DNA of 64,000 nucleotides from Longimicrobiales bacterium (lineage in GTDB: Bacteria > Gemmatimonadota > Gemmatimonadetes > Longimicrobiales > Gaopeijiaceae): positions 262,530-326,529 of the forward strand of contig JAWLHJ010000006.1 in assembly GCA_041690395.1 (NCBI GenBank), written 5' to 3'. A model generated the notes under the pieces. The model saw only the letters and a program-made list of their open reading frames with translations. It searched no databases and was not told where the DNA came from. Position 1 is the stretch's first letter; each line of letters starts with the position of its first letter. Of the stretch, positions 63,901 to 64,000 are shown in pieces. Position numbers and translations under genes: made by a program.

Positions 63901-64000
63901 GCCGCCGATGCCGTTCACGGAGGAGGACGGAGAGAGGCTGGTCGAGGAGCTCGACCGCGTGCTCGCCGAGGACGCCGTCCTCTGGATGGCGGAGCACGCG
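60947..64000 (+). CDS. Fusion: APH-like phosphotransferase + M23 peptidase-like + class III PLP aminotransferase/phospholyase (3' end beyond window), not in the ORF track
   Basis: Manual reading from ATG 60947: 'GERDQN', 'HGDINDHN', 'DFGD'; 'HLGIDLF', 'YGHL', 'NGDWPPHLHFQ'; 'YLDCVNNVAHVGH', 'ADEIQTGFGR', 'TLGKPVGNG', 'KIKPP'; same frame, no stop seen before the edge. Confidence 0.9.
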   Translation, partial: MIRIQRRPEVDFQEVLGAMRQYFDLDGTLSALPGERDQNYLLETDDGRSYVVKVSSPEEPDPILRFETEMLVKLAAETDGLVPGVHPAKSGENLVEFEDAQGKSHRMRVVDFLPGTLLANARPRTEPLLYDFGRRVAELVSALGGYPDHPPARFNFDWALGSAGSVMERCLDLFDGEQRQLIESVHRSFDERGHDFLGLGSQIIHGDINDHNVLVSDPDGTRRYVTGFIDFGDAHSAPRVFDLAIAIAYATLGTSDPVTAAATIVRGFNDATPLLEAEIDVIFTLARARLGQSVSVAAWKRSQGEALDDSHFVSEAPAWDLLRRLDGLPDKFLRGVLRDACGQSANVRTPYLMEWLAKQECEPVMDIPEEDGALVALDLAVDSPYVDGHDTDDTALFQTRISRMIADAGASIGVGRYLEPRAFYLTDAFAGREGDPRERRTVHLGIDLFTHEGTDIRAPLAGKVRAIENNSARLDYGPTVVLEHQSPHGRFWTLYGHLSMESIDSLEIGREIRAGEQFARLGGPPENGDWPPHLHFQIVTHFLGHGGDFPGVALPRERSVWASFSPDPNVILGLPVDATYQEPEDLAERRSRALPANLSLSYASPIHVVRGRGTRLYDPLGRAYLDCVNNVAHVGHEHPEVVRAGQRQMAVLNTNTRYLHEKVVEYAERLAALLPDPLSCCFFVNSGSEANELALRMARAHTNGSGVVALEGGYHGHTQTLIDVSHYKFASPGGMGAPPWVRVAPAPDEYRGRYGRSMPDRAARYAGHVKEALAELRGASITPSAFIAETFLSCGGQIEPPQGYLAAAYAHARSFGAVCIADEIQTGFGRIGSDFWSFESQDVVPDIVTLGKPVGNGHPIGVVVTTPEIAESFDNGMEFFSTFGGNPVSAAIGLAVLDVLEAERLQDRAAVLGGTLKGSLASLAMRHEVVGDIRGRGLFLGIELVSDRGSRRPAPDIARYVIDRMADRGVLLGADGPAHNVLKIKPPMPFTEEDGERLVEELDRVLAEDAVLWMAEHA

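Noticed and set aside
60791..63997. Minus-strand ORFs 60791-62581 and 62966-63997
   Set aside because: Antisense shadows of the plus-strand fusion gene, which has clear motifs but no stop inside the window.
1..64000. tRNA, rRNA, transposase, integrase, prophage or defence genes; the many other overlapping ORFs in the track
   Set aside because: No recognisable motifs seen; the extra ORFs are expected stop-poor alternative frames in high-GC DNA.

Overview
GC-rich (roughly 70% by eye), gene-dense bacterial chromosome segment. Gene content (SusC/SusD pair, PadR plus ADOP-type duplicated permease, DUF5777-like barrel, many lipoproteins) suggests Gemmatimonadota or a related diderm; this is inference. 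I see about 57 likely CDS, no rRNA, tRNA, transposase, prophage or cas gene. Main blocks: TonB-dependent uptake genes with an exported amidase (0.1-10 kb); an NHEJ locus with ligD, a K+ channel, ku and a MerR-HTH/TPR protein that carries a beta-clamp-like motif (10-15.5 kb); PadR/ADOP with two candidate operators; housekeeping and small enzymes, including an intact and a degenerate DEAD-box helicase, HU, IF-1, cyclophilin, DPP-IV and EttA; a 15.5-kb nine-gene MoxR/vWA/BatA/DUF4159x2/DUF4175 operon with a TPR-metallopeptidase and a Cys-less caspase-fold protein (42-57.5 kb); two pilin-like genes; and a kinase-M23-aminotransferase fusion running off the right edge. Non-coding highlights are a roughly 195-nt structured RNA candidate with its own promoter and terminator (26.1-26.3 kb) and a 61-bp-period palindromic repeat element (36.2-36.4 kb). 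Three genes absent from the supplied ORF track were read manually. All family calls are motif recognition by eye; no database searches were run.
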